A DNA stretch of 64,000 bases, taken from the IMG/VR virus record IMGVR_UViG_3300028914_000059, positions 64,001 through 128,000 of that record, one strand, 5' to 3'. How positions within the stretch are numbered: the first letter of the stretch is position 1; each line of letters starts with the position of its first letter. The DNA is from a virus (lineage: Duplodnaviria; Caudoviricetes). The notes under the pieces are model-generated. The model was not told the origin of the DNA, did no database searches, and saw only the letters and a program-made list of their open reading frames with translations. Made by a program: the position numbers and the translations under genes. This document shows positions 55,097 through 64,000 of this stretch, piece after piece.

Positions 55097-55375
55097 ATGA
55101 GCAGAAGTTATAAGAAGACATCATACAGTGGTGATACTAATGATAAGGCTTATAAGAAGGTTTCTAATAAAAGGATTCGCAGTTACCCGGAAATTCCGGA
55201 TGGCTCGTTCTTTAAGAAGATAATGTGCTCCTGGTTCATTAAAGACTACTGCTCATATATGACTGAGAAGGAGTTTATGGAGGATTGGTATGATCCTGAG
55301 TCGTACATGAGGAAGTTGTGGCCAACCTATGAAGAAGCCCACCAGAACTATATGAAATATTACAGGAGAAAATGA
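55097..55375 (+). CDS. Conserved basic phage protein (MSRSYKK family)
   Basis: MSRSYKK..K..NK.IR...G..KK...SW.I.DY pattern; GAGGAG SD. Confidence 0.75.
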   Translation: MSRSYKKTSYSGDTNDKAYKKVSNKRIRSYPEIPDGSFFKKIMCSWFIKDYCSYMTEKEFMEDWYDPESYMRKLWPTYEEAHQNYMKYYRRK

Positions 55376-55378
55376 CCG

Positions 55379-55732
55379 TTGAAAGACATTATAATTGATG
55401 ATGTTCCAAATGCTGTAACCGTGGCTATAAATACCCTGGCTGATTATTGCAGAAGTATTCAGGGTGATAAGTATAATCCGTTCAAATGTAGAAAATGTCC
55501 TCTGTACGGCAGGAACACAGATAAGAGAGCAACAGCAGTAAGTGGTGACTATGAGGATTGCTTCTTCAGCATGTATCATAACAGTGTTCGAAGATGGGAT
55601 AATATACTAAGAGGCAAGCATCCTGACAGTGGGCATTCAGCATTCGAAGTGATGACATCATCCATGTCTCCCGACGATAAGGTTCCTGAAGACAGAGGCA
55701 GCTTTCAGATTAAAGATAAACCCTTAGAATAG
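55379..55732 (+). CDS. Cys-rich hypothetical protein
   Basis: YC...CRKCPL...C. Confidence 0.6.
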   Translation: MKDIIIDDVPNAVTVAINTLADYCRSIQGDKYNPFKCRKCPLYGRNTDKRATAVSGDYEDCFFSMYHNSVRRWDNILRGKHPDSGHSAFEVMTSSMSPDDKVPEDRGSFQIKDKPLE

Positions 55733-56002
55733 GTATAAGTAATCTGGAAGGAAGGTGACGTTAAATGGCAGAAGAAATAATTCTTTTGACAGTTAACGGG
55801 ATCCTGGAAGACTTGCTTGTCCAGGGTTCCATGGTTGTTTATGCCTTAGCGTTAAGCTATGGCGTAATCAACTATAATAAATAAAAAATCCGGCTCTAAA
55901 TGGGCCGGATTTTTTTACCTGTCAGTTCTGTAGAATTAGGTATAAGATCTATAGTTATTCCAGGACTAGTTTCCTGGAAATTTAAGACTAAGGAGATTTT
56001 AT

Positions 56003-56323
56003 ATGAATGAAAAAGAAGTGATGTCTAAAAAATTATTACCCGCCAGACCAGAGATGGAATTCATCTCCTACACTGGCAGATATCCGACTTTGTGTTCTGG
56101 AGCACTCACTATACGTGTTGGTGATGAATATTACCACCTTGATCATATTCTCAGATCCGGTGGCAGTATTCATGATCCTGTTACTGGTGACTATGATGCT
56201 GTAGAAGGTGACTGGTATATTGATGAAGATGACCTGCCGGAAGAACTCAGACCTTATGTAGATGACATTGTCAGATTGGTGAACGATAATGTTGAGCATG
56301 GCTGCTGTGGAGGTTGCATATGA
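56003..56323 (+). CDS. Conserved phage protein ending in GCCGGC
   Basis: SYTGRYPTLCSG...NDNVEHGCCGGCI; AAGGAG SD. Confidence 0.75.
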   Translation: MNEKEVMSKKLLPARPEMEFISYTGRYPTLCSGALTIRVGDEYYHLDHILRSGGSIHDPVTGDYDAVEGDWYIDEDDLPEELRPYVDDIVRLVNDNVEHGCCGGCI

Positions 56324-56589
56324 TAGAACCTGATTGGGAATATAATCATCTTTATGATAGAGGTATTCTCCATCTTGACAAAGATGAGCTGGAGCTGTTA
56401 GCCAATCAGATCATTCCAGTAGGTTTTGAGCATCATCATCCTCAGGAGCTTTGCCCGGTATTTTCAGCCATTGTAAAGATGGCTGTAGAAGCAGGTGTCA
56501 TGGATGAAGATGACGATCTGGTCAAGGAATTTCTGGATGATATGGAAAATTATGAAAATACAGAGCCACCGCAGGAGGATTTAAAATGA
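56320..56589 (+). CDS. Acidic hypothetical protein
   Basis: Coupled ATGA start. Confidence 0.6.
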   Translation: MIEPDWEYNHLYDRGILHLDKDELELLANQIIPVGFEHHHPQELCPVFSAIVKMAVEAGVMDEDDDLVKEFLDDMENYENTEPPQEDLK

Positions 56590-56816
56590 CCGAAAAGGAT
56601 ATAGAAGCATATCTGATTAATAATGAGAAGATAGGTGTCATATTTGGATTAATGCCAGCTCCAGTTAGAAAGTGGCTGAAAGATAAATATGATAATAAGG
56701 ATTTTTCAGAAAACATATTAGTCTACAGATATTCTGACTGGACTGTATGGAATGAAGATCCCTTCTCAGACGATGAAGCTGTTGCTATGATAAGGAGCAA
56801 ATTCAATGACAAATGA
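56586..56816 (+). CDS. EKEI..L..N..G..F.P paralog family member (short)
   Basis: N-terminus shared with 57588, 58097 and 59532. Confidence 0.65.
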   Translation: MTEKDIEAYLINNEKIGVIFGLMPAPVRKWLKDKYDNKDFSENILVYRYSDWTVWNEDPFSDDEAVAMIRSKFNDK

Positions 56817-56945
56817 GGCTTTTGAAGTGTTAAGAGAAATGTACTCTACTTGTGCAACTTACCCTGAGAAGTATTCTGGAGACTTCTACGAGTTTTACAA
56901 GGACTTCATAAATGAAACTTCCAGGAGAATCAAGGAGAAGTCAAA

Positions 56946-57239
56946 ATGAAAGGTAAAGATCTGATAAAATGGATCAAGGACAACCATGCCGAAGACCTGG
57001 AACTCTACATGGGAATCGACTGGAAATATCATGAACTCAACCCCGCCATAGAAAGAGCCGGGTATGGAAAGCAAGATTATCCAAAGCTTTGTGTGTTATC
57101 GAATAAGGCTTTGGAAGATGGTTTTGGCGATGAAGCCAAGGCAAATCTATATGACGAAAGTAATATAGATGAATGTATACGGGAAGGAACCCTGGAAAAG
57201 GTTCTGGACGTATGGGTTAATCTTATGTCTGTTCAGTAG
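56946..57239 (+). CDS. Hypothetical protein
   Basis: MKGKDLIKWIKDNHAED; SD present. Confidence 0.65.
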   Translation: MKGKDLIKWIKDNHAEDLELYMGIDWKYHELNPAIERAGYGKQDYPKLCVLSNKALEDGFGDEAKANLYDESNIDECIREGTLEKVLDVWVNLMSVQ

Positions 57240-57248
57240 GAGGACTAA

Positions 57249-57575
57249 ATGGCTGGATTAGATGCTGAAAAAGAAGAATTTGACCTGATGACTTTATTTG
57301 ATCACTGCGTGCTGTTTACTACCAATAGGATCGACAGGAAAACAGTCCCCAACAATATGTTCATGTATGAGACTAGGGACGGTTCTCAGGATGGCCATAT
57401 CCATGAATTAGCCTACAGGATAATCGCGGATTTCTTTGGAACCGTTATCAGTAAGGAGCCCTTATTACCTACGGATGATCTGGACTCCTACAGCTACGTG
57501 AGTTTCGATGCTTATGGTTTTGAGCCTTGTGGCTCAATAACTTTGCAGCAGTATGCAGATTCTAATTTGCATTAA
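57249..57575 (+). CDS. LPD28-like domain protein
   Basis: LFT..RIDR.TVP.....YE.R...D......I..DFFGTVISKEPL matches my recollection of large polyvalent protein domain 28. Confidence 0.7.
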   Translation: MAGLDAEKEEFDLMTLFDHCVLFTTNRIDRKTVPNNMFMYETRDGSQDGHIHELAYRIIADFFGTVISKEPLLPTDDLDSYSYVSFDAYGFEPCGSITLQQYADSNLH

Positions 57576-57587
57576 GGAGGGAAACAA

Positions 57588-58094
57588 ATGAGTGAAAAGG
57601 AAATAGTACAGTGGCTTATGGATAACCAGACAAGAGGCGCAGCTTTTGCCTTTTGTCCTAAAGAGGTGCAGGACTGGATTCAGAATAACTATAAGAAGTA
57701 TCCCATTCTCAATCTCAGTTTGAACAAGGTACCTTTGGATGATTCGGTAACCGATTGGCAGATTCCTGCACTTCCATTACAGTTCAGACTTCCGGCCCAT
57801 AAGTCCTGGGTAGAGTTTGAGATAGATGGAGATGGCGTGTTTATCATAAATCCTGCAGAATTCGGTGGATATGGAGCTACAAAAGCATTCATGTGGTGGG
57901 AGTATCTGGAAGTACTTAAACACATGGAATACGGCCTTACCAATTTTGGTGGATGGCAGTATGAAGATAGTAAACGATGGTATCTTTCTCCAGCGGTTAA
58001 ATTACATAGTGATTTGTGGAACTCGTATGTAATTGAAGAAAGCGAAGACGCAACATCAGTTATACCGGTTAAGATACGATTCTGGAGGGAATAA
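57588..58094 (+). CDS. Trp-rich paralog family protein
   Basis: WVEF.ID.DG.F, GGWQY, P.KIRFW. Confidence 0.7.
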   Translation: MSEKEIVQWLMDNQTRGAAFAFCPKEVQDWIQNNYKKYPILNLSLNKVPLDDSVTDWQIPALPLQFRLPAHKSWVEFEIDGDGVFIINPAEFGGYGATKAFMWWEYLEVLKHMEYGLTNFGGWQYEDSKRWYLSPAVKLHSDLWNSYVIEESEDATSVIPVKIRFWRE

Positions 58095-58096
58095 TT

Positions 58097-58666
58097 ATGA
58101 TGACGGAAGAAGAAATTGTCACCCAGCTGAAACGAAATTGGAACTGTGGAGTAGTATTGTCTTTCATGCCTCAGGAAATAAAAGACTGGGTGCGTGAGAA
58201 CGCCGAGCACTGTTACTACTTTATGGGTCCTGGTGATTGGCGTAGCATGGAACATAGTGAACAGGTAGATGAAGAGTATGTCCACGCACTTCCCCCAACA
58301 TTCACTATGTCTATGTTGCAGAACAGACGTAGGTGGGAGCAGGAAGCATCTAATGATCACTGGGTAGAATATATCATTGATGAAGACGGCTTCTTTACTC
58401 TGGGAGATGCTGATTCAACACGCTACCACTGGTCGCAGTGGGAACGGGCTCTGGTCAATAATCTGGATACATTCCTGAGCTGGGGCGGTTGGTATTATAT
58501 CGAAAGTGGTGATTACTGGTACATGCGTCCACAGCTGATAGATTATGATCCCAAGCATACAGACTCCCCAAGCACCACAGACTTGGGAACTGTAAATGAT
58601 GGTGATGAAGATTATTATCCTGATTTGCCAGGTGTTCCTACAAAAATCAGATTCTGGAAGCGGTAA
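58097..58666 (+). CDS. Trp-rich paralog family protein
   Basis: WVEY.ID.DG.F, GGWYY, PTKIRFW. Confidence 0.7.
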   Translation: MMTEEEIVTQLKRNWNCGVVLSFMPQEIKDWVRENAEHCYYFMGPGDWRSMEHSEQVDEEYVHALPPTFTMSMLQNRRRWEQEASNDHWVEYIIDEDGFFTLGDADSTRYHWSQWERALVNNLDTFLSWGGWYYIESGDYWYMRPQLIDYDPKHTDSPSTTDLGTVNDGDEDYYPDLPGVPTKIRFWKR

Positions 58667-58692
58667 AAATGACTGAATAGGAGGAAGTTATA

Positions 58693-59100
58693 ATGAAGAT
58701 AGATGTAGAAATAAAAAATGCCACGATGGAAGAGGCTAAAAATATAAAATGTCTGGACATAAACTATATACGGTTCTATGATCCTAAAGAGCAGGGCATA
58801 GATGCCGAGGTGTGTATAGAACCTATCTCAGCCTCTGTGAGTAAAGTAAACGGGCACCCATTTTCGAGGAAGTATTCCGTAGAAGAATGGGGTATCATAC
58901 ATAAGGATGGGGAAATAGAAGAAATGTATGAGGAAAATGATGAATACCTCATGGATATCGCCAACAAGTATAAAAGAGTAGAGTTGGTTCTGGAAGATGA
59001 TGTATCATATAATCCTGACATAGAAATTGTAGTAGACACTTTATGGTTCAGCTGGCCGGTTACGGAATGGGAAAACCATAGAAAACGATATTCCTGGTGA
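58693..59100 (+). CDS. Hypothetical protein
   Basis: AGGAGG SD. Confidence 0.65.
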   Translation: MKIDVEIKNATMEEAKNIKCLDINYIRFYDPKEQGIDAEVCIEPISASVSKVNGHPFSRKYSVEEWGIIHKDGEIEEMYEENDEYLMDIANKYKRVELVLEDDVSYNPDIEIVVDTLWFSWPVTEWENHRKRYSW

Positions 59101-59111
59101 GGAGAAATAAA

Positions 59112-59291
59112 ATGAAACGTGGAGATGCTATGAAACTTCACAATGAAGACGAAGTTATAGTTAAAAAAACAGGACAGGTTCTTCGGGTCATAAAAGCTTG
59201 GGGGCTGAATCTGGATAAACACAGAAATCCCAGCGTAATAGCTTTACTCCTGGATGATGGAATCTGGTATACTCACAAGGAGGTAAAATGA
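59112..59291 (+). CDS. Small hypothetical protein
   Basis: GAGGAG SD; KLHNEDEVIVK.TG. Confidence 0.6.
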   Translation: MKRGDAMKLHNEDEVIVKKTGQVLRVIKAWGLNLDKHRNPSVIALLLDDGIWYTHKEVK

Positions 59292-59539
59292 ACAAAACTT
59301 ATAGAATATTGTTTTATGGTCTGGAAGGGTCTCAGAAATGTCCTGTTGCTTACCGATTGAACAGGAGTATACCGCTTCGAGACGCTAAAAAGATGTTAGG
59401 GATCGAAAAGTGGACTGGGGACGGTATCCGCCTGACCTATGATGGTGGAGCCCTTCTCTCAATTGGTAAGCATGGACTAAGTAACCGTCTGGTATTTGCT
59501 TATCACAGCTATCAGATGAAAGGTAGAAAGTATGGCTGA
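59288..59539 (+). CDS. Hypothetical protein
   Basis: AAGGAGG SD; coupled. Confidence 0.6.
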   Translation: MNKTYRILFYGLEGSQKCPVAYRLNRSIPLRDAKKMLGIEKWTGDGIRLTYDGGALLSIGKHGLSNRLVFAYHSYQMKGRKYG

Positions 59540-59780
59540 ACAGGAAATTATTAAATTACTTAAAGAGAATGTAGATAAGGGTGTGTGTCTGGGCTTCATG
59601 CCTGATGATGTAGTGCGCTGGTGCAATAAGAACAAGGAGAAATTATATTTCTTCTTTGATTATATGATGACAGACGATGGAAGTATGGAGCACGAATGGA
59701 TAGGGTATGCTGATGCTGCTTTCGTGATAGAGGATGACTTCGGTCATTTAAGCGAAAGAAATATTGTTGCTATATATTAA
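59532..59780 (+). CDS. EKEI-family paralog (short)
   Basis: MAEQEIIKLLKEN..KGV.LGFMP. Confidence 0.65.
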   Translation: MAEQEIIKLLKENVDKGVCLGFMPDDVVRWCNKNKEKLYFFFDYMMTDDGSMEHEWIGYADAAFVIEDDFGHLSERNIVAIY

Positions 59781-59792
59781 GGAGGTAAAAAA

Positions 59793-60125
59793 ATGACAGA
59801 TGTAATGATAGAGCTACAGTTCGCTTTGGATAAGTTCGGTTATAAATGGGAAGATATCGAGTGGGCACATTTAAACAATAAAGCCAATGAGAGGGATGCT
59901 ATAATAAAGCCCAGTTATTCTAAAGATGATATGGATAAATTTAAAGAGGACATCATCAATATGGGTCAATATGACGATGGCTACGGTGGTCAGGAACTCT
60001 TCGGAGATGTCGTATTCAAAGACGGAACCTGGTTAAGTAGAGGGGAATACGATGGTTCCGAATGGTGGCATTATAACATCAAGCCCACATATGAAGCTTA
60101 TATAAAAGATTTGGGCAGGGATTAG
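59793..60125 (+). CDS. Conserved phage protein
   Basis: YDDGYGGQELFG.V.FKDGTWLSRGEYDGSEWW. Confidence 0.75.
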   Translation: MTDVMIELQFALDKFGYKWEDIEWAHLNNKANERDAIIKPSYSKDDMDKFKEDIINMGQYDDGYGGQELFGDVVFKDGTWLSRGEYDGSEWWHYNIKPTYEAYIKDLGRD

Positions 60126-60257
60126 GAGGATAAATATGAGCAGAGATGAAGATAAAAGCCTGCAGTCAAATACAGACCCAGGCTTCACCCTGACTTTCCT
60201 CAGCGCCTTAGTTATAATGCTGGCAGTATCTCTCATAGTTATGTATCTGGTAGGTGC

Positions 60258-60530
60258 ATGATGTATAGATACCGCAGAAAAGGAAAAGACGGGCTGCCCC
60301 TATATACCTTCACCTGTGACAGATGTGACAAGTGGGTGTGGGATAGTCACGGGGGCAAGGCTGTCGGTACTAAGGACGAACTTATCCGCAGGGCCGTTCG
60401 GGATCTTGGCTGGCAGATTCTTGAAAATACAGAATCAAAAGCCAATCATGTATTCTGTAAGGAATGCATGGAAGAGCTCGAACGGCTCAGGCCTGGTATA
60501 TTTGACGGAGGAGGCGATTCTAATGTTTGA
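60258..60530 (+). CDS. Zinc-finger protein
   Basis: CDRC...GW...CKEC. Confidence 0.65.
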   Translation: MMYRYRRKGKDGLPLYTFTCDRCDKWVWDSHGGKAVGTKDELIRRAVRDLGWQILENTESKANHVFCKECMEELERLRPGIFDGGGDSNV

Positions 60531-61065
60531 AACTCCCTTGCTACCTATAGTAGATCCGGACAGTGAGAGGAACGGCTTTATAAGAACATGCGCTGACTTA
60601 GCCTATAGGCTGCAGGACCCAAGAACTGTAGCTACAGCGCATTCATTGGAACAGGCAAACAGACTACCCGATGGTATAATAGCTACTTTGTTCACACCAG
60701 CGACATGCCAGAATGCTACAAGCACTGGTGATACTGATCCAGGAAGGACTTCTCTGAGGATAATACCAAGATCTGTAGAAGTATCTACCCTGAAGATGCT
60801 GTATGTATATGGCATGATGGCTAAGCCTGTATGTGCATACTGCAAGAAGAAGTATGACGGGTGGAATGATAATAATGTTACCGGTGAAGAGCTTGCCAAG
60901 CATCTTAAGGAAGATGGGTGGACAGGCATATGTGAGTCCGGCTATTTCATTCCACGTGAACAGGGAATCCCGTCAGGTATCTTCCTGGCATGTCCTGAAT
61001 GTGCGAGGCAAAAACAGGAAAAATGCGTGGCTGGAGGGACACTTCTGGCCATATGGGAATTATAG
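60523..61065 (+). CDS. Protein with C-terminal zinc finger
   Basis: Start MFETPLL after GGAGG; CAYC...GW...CPEC. Confidence 0.6.
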   Translation: MFETPLLPIVDPDSERNGFIRTCADLAYRLQDPRTVATAHSLEQANRLPDGIIATLFTPATCQNATSTGDTDPGRTSLRIIPRSVEVSTLKMLYVYGMMAKPVCAYCKKKYDGWNDNNVTGEELAKHLKEDGWTGICESGYFIPREQGIPSGIFLACPECARQKQEKCVAGGTLLAIWEL

Positions 61066-61210
61066 GAGGTAATAAAATGAGTAAGGTTTTGGAACAACTT
61101 CAAAACTATATAGACTATCTGCAGGACGATGATGATCCTGCTGTAGCTAATGAACGCGCTAGCCTGGAACGCAAATGGGCTGACATTTATATGAAAGGAG
61201 CTAATAACTA

Positions 61211-62233
61211 ATGGGACGACCAAAAAAGGGAGCAACAACTAAGGAAGGAAAACAGCCACAGGCTCAACCCTCCAGAAATGAACTGATAACGAAACTAAGA
61301 GTTAAGTATTCCAGAGATCTTAATAAACTGGATAAAGTTAAGTCTGAGCAGCTTGAAGAAACTAGGTATGAAATAGAGAAAGCTTATAAAATTAATCGAG
61401 AAAGACTGGAAGATAAGTTCAACAAGAACCTTGCAGCTATTAATGAAAAGTATCCTGCGAAACATAGCTCACCCACAGGTAAAATCAGGGACGAAATGCC
61501 CAACATATACGAGATGATGTATCTGGGTTATAATAATAACCATCTTAGACATATGAATCCCTGGATAAAGGAAGTATGTGATGATGAGCATTATGGTGTG
61601 TCTGCTAAGTACATGGTTTCACTTCGAGAAGAATTTAAAACTGTGATAGAACCAATGTTCAAACAGTTTCATGAAACCGGTATAGGTCCTATTATATTTG
61701 GGAGACACATGTCTAACAGGCCTCATGCTAATGGTTGTGGTTATTCTGATGATATGATGGACCCATGTAAAGAACCCGTAGACTCAGATTACTACGTGGA
61801 GTTTACAATCCTGTCTCTCGAGGGTCTGGATAGACTTCTGAATATAATGGACACAGCTTATGTGTATCACAACACAGATCAGGCTAAACGTAAAGGTTAC
61901 ATGTGGTATGTTGTCTTCACATATCCTAATGAACGTAATCATATGGTTCTGAGATTGTACTGGAGACCTCAGTATGATCCAATGTATGTATTAGGCAGGT
62001 TTCTACAGATATTGCAGCGTAACAGGACGTTTTTCTCTGAGAGAGTCTGGCAGGAGTTTCTTAAGAGATACGAGGATGAAATTCAGTATATCGGTGGGCA
62101 TGGTTTCGAAGACTATACCTATTATAATGCCTTTTGTCGATACGAGGAAGATTTACATAAAAAATACTGGGTTACTTTATACAAGGAACCTAGAACAAAA
62201 CCACTTCAGATGGAGATAAAACCAGAATATTAA
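61211..62233 (+). CDS. Hypothetical protein with N-terminal GRPKK (AT-hook-like) and coiled coil
   Basis: 340 aa; AAGGAG SD; terminator at 62240-62271. Confidence 0.75.
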   Translation: MGRPKKGATTKEGKQPQAQPSRNELITKLRVKYSRDLNKLDKVKSEQLEETRYEIEKAYKINRERLEDKFNKNLAAINEKYPAKHSSPTGKIRDEMPNIYEMMYLGYNNNHLRHMNPWIKEVCDDEHYGVSAKYMVSLREEFKTVIEPMFKQFHETGIGPIIFGRHMSNRPHANGCGYSDDMMDPCKEPVDSDYYVEFTILSLEGLDRLLNIMDTAYVYHNTDQAKRKGYMWYVVFTYPNERNHMVLRLYWRPQYDPMYVLGRFLQILQRNRTFFSERVWQEFLKRYEDEIQYIGGHGFEDYTYYNAFCRYEEDLHKKYWVTLYKEPRTKPLQMEIKPEY

Positions 62234-62276
62234 AATAAAATAACCAGGCTGTGATGGCCTGGTTATTTTTTAGCTA

Positions 62277-63101
62277 TTATTTGTTCTTTTTATTTTTCTT
62301 AGTGTTTCCGCTGTCTGACTGACTTGCGCCGGATCCTCTGAGTGAGCCTAGACCTAAGCCACCAAGTCCACCAGCAAGAGCTCCTCCGGCACCAAGAGCA
62401 TACCCTTTATTTTCAAGACCGGATATAAGCTGTGATAAGTTATCATTAATGCCCGAAGTGCTTCCCTGAAGTTCTTGTACGATACTTGAAAGATCTTTAA
62501 TGCGCTTTTGTTTATTAGTATAATTTAACAATGCTTCATTTATGTTGTTAGCTTTTGCACCAGCGCCACCATTACCTGTAAGGTTTAATGTATATGCTAA
62601 GGTAGCGTCAGATGAGTCTTTAGATAAAGCATCACGAAGTTTACCTAATCCAGTATCTGTTTGAGCTAAACTGTTATTAATTCTATCCTGCATTACCGGA
62701 ACATTTTCAATAGACTGCTTGAAAGCCTTTGCCTGGTCTACTGCAGTATCAATTCCCTGTTTTGTCTTAGCACCAGCTGCTGACAGTCCTTCCTTGGCTT
62801 TAGCACCAGCTGCTGATAATCCTTCCTTGGCTTTAGCACCAGCTGCTGATAATCCTTCCTTGGCTTTAGCTATATACGGGGCCAATGCTTCAGAAGTTTG
62901 TGCTCCAAAGTTTCTTAAACTTTCCCCAGCTGCTGTACCAAAGTTTCTTAAGCCGTCACCCGCCTGTGCCCCCAAAGCCCTTAAAGTTTCCATAAGGTCT
63001 GCCTGCTTTTGCAGTTCTGCCTGTTTTTCCATTTCTGAATTTATCATGACAAGCTTAAGCTGAGCTGCTCTGGCTATATCATTAGCTAATTTATTAATCA
63101 T
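62277..63101 (-). CDS. KLAxDI-leader protein with 11-aa repeats and C-terminal glycine zipper
   Basis: MINKLANDIARAAQLKL..EKQAELQKQA; AKAKEGLSAAG three times (33-bp repeats); GAGGALAGGLGGLG. Confidence 0.8.
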   Translation of the reverse strand: MINKLANDIARAAQLKLVMINSEMEKQAELQKQADLMETLRALGAQAGDGLRNFGTAAGESLRNFGAQTSEALAPYIAKAKEGLSAAGAKAKEGLSAAGAKAKEGLSAAGAKTKQGIDTAVDQAKAFKQSIENVPVMQDRINNSLAQTDTGLGKLRDALSKDSSDATLAYTLNLTGNGGAGAKANNINEALLNYTNKQKRIKDLSSIVQELQGSTSGINDNLSQLISGLENKGYALGAGGALAGGLGGLGLGSLRGSGASQSDSGNTKKNKKNK

Positions 63102-63131
63102 TATTACATACCTCCGGAGGTTATATATAGT

Positions 63132-63160
63132 AATATAGGCTACAATTCTGCGTATGTCAA
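63132..63160 (-). promoter_or_regulatory. Sigma70-type promoter (duplicated at 63737-63765)
   Basis: TTGACA-17 nt-TATATT within a duplicated 5' cassette of about 125 bp. Confidence 0.7.
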
Positions 63161-63229
63161 TATAGAACTTAATTTCTATAATTCACCGGGTTATAACAGC
63201 CTGGTTATTTTTAGCTATGGTTAGTTAAT

Positions 63230-63706
63230 TTAATTGTCATTGCCTATGAGATATCCAGTACCTAGACCGCCTAAAGCACCAGCACCGAGCCCAGCTGCGC
63301 CTAAAGCAGTGCCTCGATTCCTGAGGCCTTGAACTAAATCAGTCAGTGTATCCCCTGAGGCACCCAAAGTGTCCTTAAGTGTTTTCCCGGCTTTATCTAT
63401 ATTGTCCAACATTTCATATGTTTGGTTATTTATTAGTCCCGGAGCAGGATTAGCTGTAAGTAATCCTGACAGGGAGCTTAAAACACTACTAGTGTGAGCT
63501 TGATCTGCGAGATCAAGGATGTTGTCAATTTCGCTAGCCCCACCTTGCAGTGCGGTTCTTAATTTCTGTTCCAGAGCTTTAGTTTTAGCAATTCCCTTTA
63601 TAGAGTCTATTATCCCAGCTTGTTTTTCCATATCTGCAGAATATCCCAGACAGGCTAATTTATACTGAGCTGCTCTGGCTATATCATTAGCTAATTTATT
63701 AATCAT
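63230..63706 (-). CDS. KLAxDI-leader protein with C-terminal glycine zipper
   Basis: MINKLANDIARAAQYKLA..MEKQAG; GAAGLGAGALGGLG. Confidence 0.8.
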   Translation of the reverse strand: MINKLANDIARAAQYKLACLGYSADMEKQAGIIDSIKGIAKTKALEQKLRTALQGGASEIDNILDLADQAHTSSVLSSLSGLLTANPAPGLINNQTYEMLDNIDKAGKTLKDTLGASGDTLTDLVQGLRNRGTALGAAGLGAGALGGLGTGYLIGNDN

Positions 63707-64000
63707 TGTTACATACCCCCAGAGGTTATATATAGTAATATAGGCTACAATTCTGCGTATGTCAATATAGAACTTAATTTCTACAACCCATCAGGTATAA
63801 GTATAATGTTCAAAGGAAACTTAGATTAAGCTTGCTGCTGGCTGTGCCGGGCAACTTAACGATGAAGCCCTTTAGAACAAATGGTGATTAATATGGTAAA
63901 AAATATCGTTAAAGTTATTATTGGATTTGCTGCTATGGTCATTTGCTACAAGAAGTATACAGACCTTACAGACTGGACTGTTGAAGCTTTTCTAGAACTG

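Noticed and set aside
1-64000. Stop-codon reassignment as seen in some large gut phages
   Set aside because: Long genes are intact in the standard code, all three stops end well-spaced genes, and no canonical suppressor tRNA is present.

Overview
This window is a 64-kb piece of a large tailed bacteriophage genome, probably a myovirus; no host genes or integrase are seen. From left to right: (1) 13-1418, a lysis-like cassette (coiled-coil/TM protein, stand-alone response-regulator receiver, peptidase M15 endolysin); (2) 1630-2740, a non-coding island with four long rod-like hairpins and a tRNA-like element; (3) 2790-10567, small genes, a holin candidate, a nested spanin-like pair and several proteins sharing a KLAxDI...KLA leader; (4) 10580-34517, a minus-strand tail-fibre, receptor-binding and baseplate block (InlB-B/Flg_new repeats, BspA-type LRRs, NHL propeller); (5) 35285-40606, a tandem array of glycine-zipper proteins with K-x-A-ending leaders; (6) 40611-46267, coiled-coil fibre and baseplate genes; (7) 46800-47810, an AT-rich strand-switch region with six perfect DnaA boxes; (8) 47740-50821, small genes and a dNMP kinase; (9) 50830-55060, a dense RNA array; (10) 55097-63706, small genes and two more leader proteins. 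The most novel element is in the RNA array. Besides five ordinary tRNAs (Met, Tyr, Ser, Cys, Leu), it holds two 'double-headed' RNAs, each a normal tRNA elbow and a circularly permuted tRNA elbow fused through their anticodon stems, with no anticodon. It also holds tRNA scaffolds whose anticodon loops are replaced by inserts, one of which is antisense to phage translation-initiation regions. All pairings and protein-family calls were made by eye; no folding or database search was run.
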